This document shows positions 39,940 to 52,812 of a stretch of DNA of 64,000 nucleotides, in pieces (positions within the stretch are counted from its first letter, which is position 1; each line of letters starts with the position of its first letter). Under the pieces are notes generated by a model. That model did not search any database. It was not told where the DNA came from and worked only from the letters and a program-made list of their open reading frames with translations. Origin of the DNA: Octopus vulgaris (taxonomy: Eukaryota); assembly GCA_951406725.2 (NCBI GenBank), contig OX597815.1, positions 177,072,001 to 177,136,000 on the forward strand, written 5' to 3'. Both the position numbers and the translations under genes were made by a program.

Positions 39940-40409
39940 GTATGTATGCACATACATACCTATATATGTATATATATACACATACATATATATGTATACA
40001 CACATACATATATATGTATACACATACACATATATGTATACACACATACATATATATGTATACACACATACATATATATGTATATACACACACACACACA
40101 TATATATATATATACATATATATATACACATACATATATATGTATACATATATATACACATACATATATATGTATACATATATATACACATACATATATA
40201 TGTATACATATATACACATACATATATATGTATACATATATACACATACATATATATGTATACATATATACACATACATATATATGCATACATATATACA
40301 CATACATATGTATACATATATACACATACATATATATGTATACATATATACACATACATATATATGTATACATATATACACATACATATATATATGTATA
40401 CATATATAA

Positions 40410-40448
<39 letters not shown>

Positions 40449-40512
40449 TACATATATACACATACATATATAATTACACATACACACATATATATGTACA
40501 TATATACATACA
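39940..40512. repeat. Long TA/CA minisatellite-like array (~26-28 bp units)
   Basis: Repeated cacatacatatatatgtatacatatata. Confidence 0.95.
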
Positions 40513-40664
40513 TTTTTAGGTATTTTTGTTTTTAAATTCTTGATGTCAAATCGTGTGTTGAAACAGATATATTTTGGGACGGTCGTTTTTGCCAAATAAT
40601 CACACGCACTGTAAATATATATTCGTTCTGCACTTGTTTATTAGTGTTCTTATTTTACGTCCCT

Positions 40665-40710
40665 TGTCTTGAAATCTTTCGTCACACATTCTGCGACCTC
40701 TTCAGTGACA
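40665..40710 (-). ncRNA. Hammerhead-like motif
   Basis: Minus: tgtca-CTGAAGA-g-gtcgca-gaatg-tgtgac-GAAA-gat-TTC-aagaca; 6-bp stem II, imperfect stem I. Confidence 0.5.
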
Positions 40711-41094
40711 CACTATCTCACATGTCTCACTCTGTTCTGTTTAGGCATTTCCGTCTCTCTATGGTATATACCATTATCTGCGCATGCGTACTTCTGTCGA
40801 TGTGTTTTGTATGTGCGTTTTTTGTGTGTATATGAGTTTACTTACTCTACTATTTTTATCCGTATACCTTTAATTTTTTCCTTGGTTCCATTTATTTATC
40901 TCTTTGCCGCATTTCGTCTAAGATATGTGTATGTGTCTACTTTGTATGTATGTATATGGGTTGATGTATTATACTGTTTGTATCTCTGTTTTGCATTCTG
41001 TCTGTAGTCGTCATGTTGCGTAGTGCAATGCTTGTGGTGGTATCGTTCCATTCGTGTGCTCTGCTGAGGCACGATCTGTCTATTACTATGTGTG

Positions 41095-41250
41095 TGTCCG
41101 ACCAAGAACCCGCTGGCTTGACACCATCAAGAGTGATACCGGAAGGGACATAGCCAATCTGAAAGAAGCGGGCCAGGATATAACTGACTGGAGGACACTG
41201 ATCCAACGAGTATCCGAGAGTCGACTTCGACTGAGCGGATAGATAGATAG
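41095..41250 (+). mobile_element. RTE-clade LINE extreme 3' end with (GATA)n tail
   Basis: RPRTRWLDTIKSDTG...DWRTLIQRVSESRLRLSG* then gatagatagatag. Confidence 0.85.
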
Positions 41251-42544
41251 TGTCCTCTGTAATCTAAATGTCAAGTCTGTTCTATGCGTTGATAATACCT
41301 TCACATCTATGTTATTAAACGAGACTGTGTTCTAATTGAACATGTCATCTATAGCACAGTGTACTGAGGGACGGTGCAAAAGAAAGGTAGCAACTTTCAT
41401 TAGGGAGAGGTTACGTAGCACAGAGGAGATGAAAAGTGATACTGGCGGAAGCCCAACGAAGAGAAGATATTGGCAGAGCTATACAAACATGCTCAGTTTC
41501 GGGGGAGACAGATGCACCCCAAGTGCCGCATTTTATACTCTTTCTCTGCCTATTGTGTGGTTGCGTAAATTGCTTCCCAACAATGTGGTCTCGAGTTCTA
41601 CGAGTTACCTTAAGCAAGAGCCTACTGCTATAGCCGTGGACCGTCCTAAGTTTTGCGGCCGGATTTGAAACAATGAAAGTGAAAGAAACCCGTCTTATAT
41701 ATATGCGTGAGTGTGTGCATTTTCGAATCTCATTGTAGTCGCGTTGGGCTTGATTAAACAATTCAACAAACTGTTACCATGGGAAAGAAACGATGTACAC
41801 ATGAATTATGACTAACGCACACAAGAGTACAGCACCCGACTAACATATAGGCGTAGAGATGGAGACAGAGGGTCAACCAGAGAGATTATATCTCACAACT
41901 ACGCTGCACATGCGTAAAGAAACATTTCGTATCCGAACGTAGCGTTGATCTAACATAAGTAACTATTCCAGGCAGTTTCAATGTATTTGACTACGTATAA
42001 TAATGATATGCAATTTGTTTTTCTCTTTCGGGATCATACTGCGAGGTGGTGACTCAAATGCTGTCCATTTTAAACGGTATCAACTGATACAGACACACAC
42101 GAGCAAAACGCGCGCATGTGCATGCACACTCATTCGCACAACGGACGTGTCTTTTCGTTTCCTGAATCTTTTGTACAACAATAAATCAATCTCTAACAAG
42201 ACAAAATACCGTTCAGCGTTTAAAATATACTTTAAAGAAAATAGGGAAATGTCGAATTTTACACACAGTCACACCTACACATACATACATACAAGACAAG
42301 GCGTAAGTAGTGGCCATTACATGTTTTTTCCTTATTGTAGCAAATACATATAAAATATGTATTGACCATTCTTTACATATTGACTTGTGTATCACTTTGG
42401 TTAAAAACCAGAATCGCTGGAGCACAATCATGGATTTATAGTGTAGAAGAGTAATGAACTTTGGATGCTGCCATAAGCATAAATGGGGTTCTTTACCAGT
42501 CTAAATATCATTGATAGCCTGGTGTCCTGATATATAACTGTTGT

Positions 42545-42725
42545 AGGAGTGGTTGTGTGGATAGGCACATGAGTGGCTATATGGCTAGAAGCTTGCTTAC
42601 CAACCACATGATTCCAAGTTCAGTTCCACTGCGTAGCAACTTGAACAAGTTTCTTCTGCTATAGCCTCGGGACAACCAAAGCCTTCTGAGTGGATTTGGC
42701 AGACGGAAACAGATAGAAGCCCCGC

Positions 42726-42727
<2 letters not shown>
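42545..42727 (+). mobile_element. SINE family B 5' half
   Basis: agcttgcttaccaaccacatg..ttcagttccactgcg..gtggatttggcagacggaaac. Confidence 0.82.
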
Positions 42728-42759
<32 letters not shown>

Positions 42760-42764
<5 letters not shown>

Positions 42765-43453
42765 GTATAAGGGCTTAGTAAAATAAATTACTTTGCCACA
42801 TACTGAACTCATTAGAAATAGTAGCTAAAGAAATTTCTTTAGCTATTTCTAATACTTAAAGAAGATCTCTCTCAGATAGTGTTTGCTCAAACCAACTCAC
42901 GAAGGTATGGGGGAAAAACATTAAAAAATCAAGTGCAAAGGTTATTTGAGAACGTACGTTTCTAGATTAGTCAAATCGACATTTCTTTCGTCAGCTCAGA
43001 ACTCCTTGATTCGGATTTGGGAACACTGAAAGTGGGAGCATACCCTTTTGGCTTCTTATCACCTCTAGAATTCCGCTCGAACTAAAAGTGCTATCAAATT
43101 CAAAATATGCAAGCGAAGAATTTCTGCTCTCCTCTTTCCACCAGCGTGGGTTAAAATTGACAAACACTATGTTTTATCGGTGAAAACCGAAGCATTAAAC
43201 AGAGAGAAATGAATTATAATTTCAACAATTGAGGGTAAAATTAATTAATTATTAATCAATTTCACCAAGTATTCAGTATGTAAAGGGACCATTTTAGGCG
43301 AATTCAAAATATTACATTATGTATAAGGGCTTAGTAAAATAAATTACTTTGCCACATACTGAACTCATTAGAAATAGCAGCTAAAGAAATTTCTTTAGCT
43401 ATTTCTAATACTTAAAGAAGATCTCTCTCAGATAGTGTTTGCTCAAACCAACT
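42760..43453 (-). mobile_element. 556-bp unit with ~137-bp terminal direct repeat and an internal HHR (42947-42998)
   Basis: 42760-42897 repeated at 43316-43453; minus tgag-CTGACGA-stemII-GAAAC-gtac-GTT-ctca; (TA)n on both flanks. Confidence 0.8.
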
Positions 43454-43457
43454 TATA

Positions 43458-43496
<39 letters not shown>

Positions 43497-43789
43497 AAAG
43501 TAGGATAAACATTTTACAAATTTAGAAGCAGGATAAAATCTTTATAAGAATTTATCAAATAGTCAGCGGGAAAAAAACTCATAAGGGAAAAAAATTTAGT
43601 TATTCCCTTTAAATATATTTATTTATATTAAGGGCATTACTATACATAAATGCCTCACGCTATGAGGGACTCTTAGAGTCAAAACTACCATAATAAATAC
43701 AGTGTGCCGAACGCGAGGGAAATTCAACTCTCGAAGCGAGCTCCTTAAAAACAGATTCAGTCGCAGATCATATGATTTCATAGTTAGTG

Positions 43790-43945
43790 CACATCACTAG
43801 TAATTAATCGGTCCAAAAAGGGTTCATTCGCGAGACGTGACGGCAAAGAAGAGCGCACATTCACTCTCTGCGCGTGGTTAGAGTTGGAAAGTTTGTGAGG
43901 AACCCTTTGAGCCAATTTGCTGACTTTTCCGTCACGCCTGATCTT
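43790..43945 (-). mobile_element. Mariner transposase fragment
   Basis: VSKLAQRVPHKLS...RVNVRSSLPSRLANEPFLDRLITSD; homologous to 26930-27065. Confidence 0.8.
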
Positions 43946-46900
43946 GTCAATCGGTTTCGCACAAGGAATATAATGGAATGTTATGCAACAATCCGATTAT
44001 ATAAATTTACGCTCATAAGAGTTAGCCGATATGCAAGGGAATATGGCGACAAGCCATTTTTGTTAAATAAAGATTAAGCAACTAATTCTAATATGAAAAA
44101 TCGATGAAACATCTAGTGTAGAATATTCTCGTAAATTTCTCTCTTATTTCGTTGAGATAGAAATATTGTTTGTTACAACTAAAATTTCAAAGTTTCTGCG
44201 ATATGCGATCATAATCCGTATTACGGAACTCAGCTTTATCTGACTGCCAGATTTACAATGATTCCGTGGTCAAACTTGCTCTGTTCAAACGAAGAGTACA
44301 TATAAAATATCAGAACAATTTTATTTAAATTCTACGTAAATATTAATTCATAAAAAAAAAATGACATTGATTGAAATGGTTACTAGCTCAATGTCGATGA
44401 ATCATATTCGATCTGCCGTTTGAACATTTTCGATGGTCCGCTACGTCATGGTTGGGGGGAGATTAGAGAACAATCAAAGAGAGAATAGTTCATACACGCT
44501 TGCGTATGAAGGCTAACAGATACACATACATACACACATCCATAGATACATACATTACATACACACATACATACATAGTACGTACATACATACACACACA
44601 CACACACACACATAAACACACACATCCATCCATCCATACAATGTAAATCAGAAGATCGGAAATAAATTTTGATATTAGTCATAGTCATTATCGATGTAAT
44701 AAGAATGTAAACAATTCTTTATTTTTTTTGGCGGGGGGGGGGCTTTATATTTTATTTTATTCTGTTTGCCATTTTTGGTCAGTAAAAAGAAAAAGACAAT
44801 CTCGCGACGCCCATTTCACGGTTTACTGATTGCTCTTCCGAGAAACCGGACTCTATCTCTTTCCCCTTCATATTTTTGCACATCAATGGCGTAGAAAAAT
44901 GTGTTTGCGTTGACTATATATATATATATACACGAAGTTAGTTTTTCTAAAATTATCTCATCATATTTACATTATAAACAATAAAATTACTCGTGGGATG
45001 GACAAGAATATATCATGAAAATTCAGCGCAAGTTAATAGAGTATTTTAAAACGGTTGAATTAGTGATGAACACAAAATCAATCACTCGCAAATCTAATTA
45101 ACCATATATTCAATCTATCTCTGGGAATATCAGCAAGAAATAAATTATGTTGGGAATGTATTCCATCTATAATATCTCTTCCCATGTATGCGCATATGTA
45201 TATATGTTTATATATGCGTGCCTGAGTGTGTGTGTGTGTAGTGTATGTATATGTGTGTGTGTAGATAGATAATCTTTAGAAAGCAGCATAAAATTTGTGT
45301 AGAAGCGTGTGCGTTCTCCTATATTTAAATACATGCTATACCATACACACACGGCCTCTCTCTCACGCACATGCACACACAAAGATATATAAACATAAAT
45401 ATACATACACATGCACAGACACACACTCATTACTTCCCATTTCGTCCCTCTAACTTAATTATGAAGTAAAATCGCCATATAAATCAAGATATAAAAGACA
45501 CACCTGGATGATTCCCATAATCAATGGAGGTTGTTCAAACAAGGGGAATCGAATCTGAGGCGAAATTACGAGCGTATCCTTATTTTAAGTGGTGTTCATT
45601 GAACCCAGATTATCGAAACATCAGTGATATAGCGGCCCACTGCCTCGTTTAGTGAGCTAATCTTCTCCCTCAGCGGCCAGAAGTACATATGTCGAGATAT
45701 CCATAATTGCATTGGATCAGAACTCGTGATGAATTGCTGTCCGCTAACAACTGTCCTTGTGTCAAATCTATGCTTTTATTATTTAAGGAGTTAATTCCTT
45801 GTCACACATATTTTACCTTTCCGTCGCTAATTTAATATGTCGAGATGAAGGAATCTTTCAAACTGTTAAATGGCAATGAAATACGTCGCGTCGAGCAAAT
45901 TGTAAAGGCGACAAAAAATGGGATGTTTTGATCTTACTTTCATAGACAAAGTTTATAGTAAAGCACAAACAAGATTATATAATATATATATATAACCCAC
46001 TTAGAGAAGCCCAAGTCCAGCTAGAAATAGCGATCATATCCCTCAAATTGAACACTAGTCAAAAAAAAAAAAAATCAGAGTGCATTCGATAATATAGTCT
46101 GAGATACACTGTGACACCAATGACGTATGTCGTGTTCAAGTTCATAACGCAATGTATCAACCACTCGTCACACACACACCCACACGCAAAAGGCACACAT
46201 TCTATCAATCTATGTATATGTTTATATGCATACATATATATCTATGTCTGCGTGTCTTTATATAAGTAACTATCTATCTATCTATATATACCAACGTTCT
46301 TCTCGGTTTTTGTGATTTTTCATTTACGAGCGCCTTGATTTTGAAATAGAACCGACCATTTGCTCAGATGTCAATGATTGCTGAAAGACACCAGGCGTGT
46401 TATAGATACATCATTGCATAGCTAGAAAGTATACGTAGCTCATATCTTACATTAAATGATATTTCTATCTCGCTCGACTGCGTACTTTCCTTTTTTATCT
46501 TACCTTAACTTCGAAAATAAACTACATACACACACACACACACACAGATGTAAATCCACACACACATACTTAAATCTAAAACAGTTACAAACAATACGGT
46601 GACTGCAGCATGATCAAATTTTCCTTTTATTTTTAAACGTTAATAATACAACAGAATTGGTTAAAATGATGGAGACGTGTTCCTGTGGCATAAAGAACGT
46701 GCAGTTGCAAATGGAACCCGCAATATTCTGCTAGGCATCTTTATTCTGGGTCTTTCCACAAGCGTGGTCCGAAGCGAAATGAATTTATTGATGCGTGACT
46801 AGCTTATTTCTTATTTTACTATGGTTGTAGAAGGAAGGTGAAGGGGAGACATTGAAACTTGAATTGGCAATAAAATATACTTTGTATCGGATATGATATC

Positions 46901-47109
46901 AACCTTAGTTCCAAGACAAAACTCACCCTTCTATGCACTAAATTAGGTTAAAGTACATCTTGATGTTCTAACAGAACTTTAATGAATTAAATTTAATTTA
47001 ATTGACTGAAAAAATTCTGTCAGATTAAATTTTATATCTGTGTTGTAAGGAGCTTACTTAAGAGGTTCATATGAAAGGTGCAGTTGTTAATTAAGTTCTA
47101 GATAATACG

Positions 47110-47193
47110 GAAGTTATTGTGTCCTGTAGGTGTTGTTAAGACTTAAAAAGAGAAGTTATTGTGTCCTGTAGGTGTTGTTAAGACTTAAAAAGA
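47110..47193. repeat. Perfect 42-bp tandem duplication
   Basis: gaagttattgtgtcctgtaggtgttgttaagacttaaaaaga x2. Confidence 0.95.
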
Positions 47194-47332
47194 AAAGATA
47201 TTTTAATCTGGTAAGGATACCGATAACTACCCGGAAACTTAACGAGATATTGTCTTGACATTCACCCCTCAAATTCAAGCATGTAGCGGATACTATCCGG
47301 TACCTGCCTCGACAAGTCATCCTTATATACTC

Positions 47333-47371
<39 letters not shown>

Positions 47372-47373
<2 letters not shown>

Positions 47374-47958
47374 ACTTCATGATGTTGTGCAGTTACTGTT
47401 TATAACTCGCTCAGAGATTTATTATTGCTTGTTTCCACTTTTTGTCACTGGAAAAAGTATATATATATATTTGCATTGAGAACCACTTCTCATCGCCGAC
47501 CGGTGGTTGTCACACGCTGATCACGGGTCCGTGTGTATCACGTCAGGCTGGAGATGAGAAAGATGACTTCCCTTTGCAAATTCTAACAGGGCACAAAGTG
47601 TCTCAGTAGCCAGCTGGAGGAGGTGTCCTCCTGGGGCTACAAGATACAGTAGCATCAACCCTTAAGGGTTAGCCACATTTAGATGGGAAATATACTTCAC
47701 GATGTCGTGCAACTACTATTTATACCTCACTCAGAGATTGCTTTTATATATATATATATATATATTTGTATTGAGAACCACTTCCCATCGCCAACCGGTG
47801 GTTGTCACACGCTGATCACGGGTCAATATCCAGAAACTCGGGTCCGTGTGTATCCCGTGAGGTTGGAGATGGGAAAGATGTCTTCCTGGGGCTACAAGCT
47901 ACAGTAGCATCAACCCTTAAGGCTTAGCCACATTTAGATGGGAATTATACTTCACGAT
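47372..47958 (+). mobile_element. Tandem ~320-bp HHR-bearing units (retrozyme-like)
   Basis: Unit starts tacttca(t/c)gat at ~47373, ~47692, ~47948; HHR 47806-47850 cacacg-CTGATCA-cgggtcaatatcca-GAAAC-tcgg-GTC-cgtgtg. Confidence 0.75.
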
Positions 47959-48454
47959 ACATACATTTATATACATAGATGTGTGTGTATGTGTGTTTAT
48001 AATACATTCATTCCTTTCCTTTCCTTTATCCACTGGAAATTAAATAAATGATAAAGTTCAGTATAGTTGTTATGTATAATCAACAGAAATTCATTTCATA
48101 TTTTAACGTTTTCCTCGGAAATTAATTAAATACAAGTATGTTTGTTTCAATGAACAGCTTTTTACGAGTTTTCTGTATATGGTTCCGAGTCACTGCATGG
48201 AGCTCATTCCGTATTGATTTATTTCAAACAAGAGAGGAACTACTTCGAATAAGAAAACATTTATCGATCGAACTACCCGCAACATAATATCGGCACCTAA
48301 TTTCATATATTCTCTTGCACAAGTTGTAAAATTACTTCAATGTTGGCTGAAAATATAATGATTCACTTTAAACTCCGCCATGTTGAACTATTGTGTAGGC
48401 TTTTGTACATCTTATTGGTACGGGATACACACACACATACACAGTCTCGTATTC

Positions 48455-48862
48455 TTTTTACTTGTTTCAATCATTTGATTGTGGCCATGCTGGAGCATCG
48501 CCTTCGAGGATTTTAGTCAAAGAAATCGAGCCCAGAATTTATTTCTTAAGCCTAGTACTTATTCTGTCGGCCCCTTTTGCCGACGCAAACACACCAACAT
48601 TGGTTATCCAGCGGTATCGGGGGGGGGGGATAAGCACAGGCACAAAGATACACACACATACGTATATATGTATATACACATGTGTGTATGTGTGTTTGTG
48701 ACGGGTTTTTTCAGTTTCCACCAACCAAATCCACTCACAAGGCGTTGGTCGGCCCGAGGTTATAGTAGAAGACATTTGCCCAAGATTCCACGCAGTGGGA
48801 CGGAACTTGGCATCAAGTAGTTGGGAAGCAAGCTTCTTGGCACACACCTACACCTGCGCCTT
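48455..48862 (-). mobile_element. SINE family B
   Basis: tacttgtttcaatcatttgattgtggccatgctggagc ... cacacctacacctgcgcc. Confidence 0.87.
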
Positions 48863-48879
48863 AGAATTCTGTTTAATTG

Positions 48880-49270
48880 CTAGTCATTAGGGTGCGGTCA
48901 ACCTGGAGCGCCGCATCATAGAATTTCCATCAACTGTATGGATCCCAGTCCTTTTTTATTTCTAAAACTGACACTTATTCTCTCCTCTTTTGCCGAACCG
49001 CCATCGGGGATTATCAACAGCGGTGGTGACGGAGGATAAACACAGCCACAAAGAAATATTCATACGCAGAAACACAATGACACCTCACCTATGTGTGTGT
49101 GTTTGTGTAAGTATGACGGACTTTTTTCAATTTCCGTCTACCATATCCGGTCACAACTCTTGGTTGGTCCGAAGCTATAAGGTACTTGCCCAAGGTTCCA
49201 TGCAGTGGAATTGAACTCGGAAGCCTTTGGTTGGGACGCAAATGTCTTTCCACACAGCCACACATCCACC
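48880..49270 (-). mobile_element. Older SINE family B copy, tandem to the previous one
   Basis: ctggagcgccgc..ttttgccgaaccg..tttccgtctacca..ccacacagccacac. Confidence 0.75.
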
Positions 49271-49272
49271 TG

Positions 49273-49304
<32 letters not shown>

Positions 49305-49503
49305 TTTATATCTATGCATGTATCGCTCTCTCTTTCTCAATATATATATATGTGTGTGTGTGTATACATATGTGCGTGTCTGTGAGTGTGTGTATGCAGG
49401 CACACATGCTTTCAACGTATACATACCTACTATGTACATACATTGGTTGGAGTGTCGGTATTATTGTTAACCAACAATTTTCCAGCTGAGTGTAGTGACA
49501 TGA

Positions 49504-49697
49504 AACGTCTTGTGTTACGCAAGTACACAACTCCCTCCCCCAGCCCAAACCGAACGTCTTGTGTTACGCAAGTACACAACTGTCTCCCCCAGCCCAAACC
49601 AAACGTCTTGTGTTACGCAAGTACACAACTCTCTCCCCCAGCCCAAACCAAACGTCTTGTGTTACGCAAGTACACAACTCCCTCCCCCACCCCTAAC
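49504..49697. repeat. 49-bp minisatellite x4
   Basis: aacgtcttgtgttacgcaagtacacaact.. at 49504, 49553, 49602, 49651. Confidence 0.95.
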
Positions 49698-50434
49698 TAA
49701 AATTCGGACGCGCGGCCGTGGTACCGACAATCTGAGTTCTAGTTGTTTTGAAGCAATTTTAACTTTCGTCCTCAGATAATCCGATTTATGCTATGAAGTG
49801 TATAATTAATTAGATAAATAAATAACCCTGTCTAAGTCATCAAATTTCACCGATTCTTCACAGCAAAGAAGTATTTAAAAAGTCTTCTCATTCCGCATCG
49901 TGGTCTCAGTGGACAAAATGGAAAAGTCCTCGTCCCAGAGGATTGCGAGGGAGATGCGTTTGAACAGCCCATCTAACTCACAGTGCTAGCATTTGCGGAC
50001 AGCCATCTCCGCCGCGAGGCAATTAGCAGAGATGGGATCCAAGAGCCGAGACTCCACTTACACAGGTTCGACCACAAACCTGTCAGAGAGCGTTCGATAC
50101 TTGGACAGTGGCCGATGAGATAAAGTATCAGTCAAATAGGAAAACTGGTAGGAATCATTAGAAATTTTCCCCTCACATCTTCATTAGACATGATTAAGAA
50201 ATGGAAGCATAGAAGCACGTAGATATCGAAAATCACATCGTCAATGATATTATTCGATGTTATTTTTAATTCTTGAGCTCCGAGAACTTCCTGAAAAATG
50301 CTTCACCTGCTTCCAGGATATCGAAACGTTTTTCTCTTTTTTTAATATGCATATTAGAATAGACGAAATAGGAAAATATAACTGGAGACAAATAATGTAT
50401 GGAGATTTCATACAATTTGTAGAGTAGATTATGC

Positions 50435-50708
50435 GGGCATATGGCGTAGCGGTTAAGAGCGCGGGCTACTAACCCCAAGATTCCGAGTTCGATTCCAAGC
50501 AGTGATCTGACTAATAATAAATAATAACATCGAAAATACCTTAGGAAGTAGAACCCAGGTTCAAAATTTCCCCAAGACACCTGATGAAGGCTGGAGGGGT
50601 GTATCAGCCGAAACGATGTGTTAACAAACAAGATAAGGACAAATATCGGTCAAATGTAAATAATGTAAATAACGTACATAATTCCTCATCTCTTAAATAT
50701 AGAACTGT
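50435..50708 (+). mobile_element. Solo arm of the tRNA-head/HHR element; HHR at 50576-50622
   Basis: gggcatatggcgtagcggttaagagc..gagttcgattcc..gacac-CTGATGA-a-ggctg..cagcc-GAAAC-GAT-gtgtt (cleavage triplet mutated). Confidence 0.85.
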
Positions 50709-51573
50709 GCTTCTATTGTAGTTTCTGTCTTCTATAACGATTTTACCCCGAATCGTAGTATCCATGCTAACTATTGCGTTGTATTATAAAAATTTCATTT
50801 AAGAATATATGTTGTAAACTCTTAAGTCCTTGACCAAACTTAAAATTTTTTATTAGAAAAATATACCAAAAAGCCAAAAGAAACAGTACCAAAATGAATT
50901 TCAGGATATAGGAGCTTAATGACTTGCAATTGCCCACAAAGGTTATAATTTTGACAGCCAAAGAGTTCTGTGACACTTATGTCTACCATTGCTGTTTCCA
51001 CATAGACCAAACCTAGCTGAGGAGACAGAGTCAATGGTTTTACATCCGAGACCATTGTGTTTTGCCCATCTAGAACTGCTGTCTTTCAAGTGGAATGGTA
51101 TGAGCTGTATGAAGTATGCTGAAAATTTCAGACACTCGAAAGCTGAAGGCAAGCTGTCTGCCGTTTATAAACGCCATGAAAGAAAGTGGCTGTTACAATA
51201 CTATTTTTGTTTTTTGTTCATAAAGTCTAACTTTGATTTGTTGAGGTTGTTTTCATTACTATGTCGCTTTTTTAGCGTTTGAAAATCTTGATTGTTCTCT
51301 TTGACGTAATTAAATTCCTTGAACATGAAACATAATCAGTTAATATGTTTGTAGGCATTTTCTCAGTTTATTACATAATACCACATATCCAAACAAGATC
51401 AGAACTATGTATATGTAAGTATGTATGTATGTATGTATGTACGGTGTGTGTGTTTCTGTGTTTGAGACTGTGTGTGGTTTGTATGTCTGTTGGATTTAAT
51501 AAATAATTATGTGATTAAATATTATCTGAAAATTTATTCTCTGTAATTATCATTTGATTTCTATTTCTTCTAG

Positions 51574-51624
51574 GTAAGTGAACACTTTCTTGTCACTGCT
51601 GTTGAGTATGAACAAGTTGCTTCG
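51574..51624 (+). other. Candidate 51-nt exon
   Basis: Pyrimidine tract tttctatttcttctAG, then 51 nt open in phase 0 (VSEHFLVTAVEYEQVAS), then GTAAGT; no partner exon confirmed. Confidence 0.3.
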
Positions 51625-52177
51625 GTAAGTATTTTAATTATTTGCTTAAGGAATCTCCGTTATTTTTCTATTCGACTTAATCGATGTACACACAAGTGAA
51701 CTGAGTTTACATACAATTCTGATTCCACAACTTGGTATAATGTCTATTTTGTTAAAGGAATTGTTAGAAAATTCTTGCCTTCATGGAAGCTGGATGTTCA
51801 TCTGGTTTGCGAATAGATTCTATGGCCATAATTTAGCGTGGGTTTCCTTATTTTGTGCGTGGGCGTACTATTTATTTTCTAGATGAATTCCCTGATAGTT
51901 GTGCCTGCCAATTTACTTGCACGTCCATTATTGATTAGATATTGAAATAAATGTAAATTTGTTCTGCTATAATGCACTGCAGCTGATTAGTAAGTGTGCA
52001 TTTCTGGGTAATAATTTTATAATTAATATCTTACATTTAACTGGATATTCATGGAATGAATGGAAATGCATGCGGCTAATTTTGCTGCCGTTGTTTACTG
52101 ATGGGATGTATTCATACTTTAAGAACGTGTTCACATCTAAAGCGTTGTGCTTATATGGATTTATAAACTTCATACTG

Positions 52178-52503
52178 AAGGCGCGTGGCTTAACGGTTAG
52201 GGTATTCGACTCCGGATCGTGAGATAGTGGGTTAAATATCCGGCGACACATTGTGCCCTTCACAGAGACACTTTATTCCACGTTGCTCCAGTTGAATCAT
52301 CAGGAAAAAAAACTAGTAGAAACTGTATTCAAACTGTCCAGCCATGTCACATTCTGTGTCACGCTGAATCTCCTTGGGAATTCAGCAAAGGTTATGCGTG
52401 TTTGTGGAGTTATGAGCCACTTGCACGTAAACTCCACAAGCAGTCTGTTCCGTTCGCCGGATGAGCTGGATCACATGTCATCATATTCGATGCAGTGCCA
52501 GTG
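52178..52503 (+). mobile_element. SINE family D
   Basis: ggcgcgtggcttaacggttagggtattcgactc..; body as 28128 and 37940. Confidence 0.82.
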
Positions 52504-52573
52504 GAATTTCATTAAATTATTTTAATACTGTGCACATTTTCGTTAGGTAATAAAGGATATTCACTAGTAGAAA

Positions 52574-52617
<44 letters not shown>

Positions 52618-52781
52618 CAGTGTTCTTTCTAGCATGTTCAATCCCATGAGTGGATTCCTAATGTATTTAAATGTACACTGTATCTTATGACTAATACATA
52701 GTCTTTGGACTAAATTTTTACATTCTAATCCACTGGAGATGAAAATTTCTATTAATTTCCATTTCACTTTGATATGATTAA

Positions 52782-52812
<31 letters not shown>

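Noticed and set aside
43655-43692. HHR-like ctatgag-ggactc-tta-gagtc-aaaac
   Set aside because: Both core segments deviate and no stem I or cleavage triplet
49504-49697. CRISPR-like array of hairpin repeats
   Set aside because: Linkers are near-identical rather than unique spacers; no cas genes; eukaryotic context
50767-51282. Overlapping short ORFs as a host exon or transposase
   Set aside because: No recognisable motif; stops in all frames; no clear splice sites
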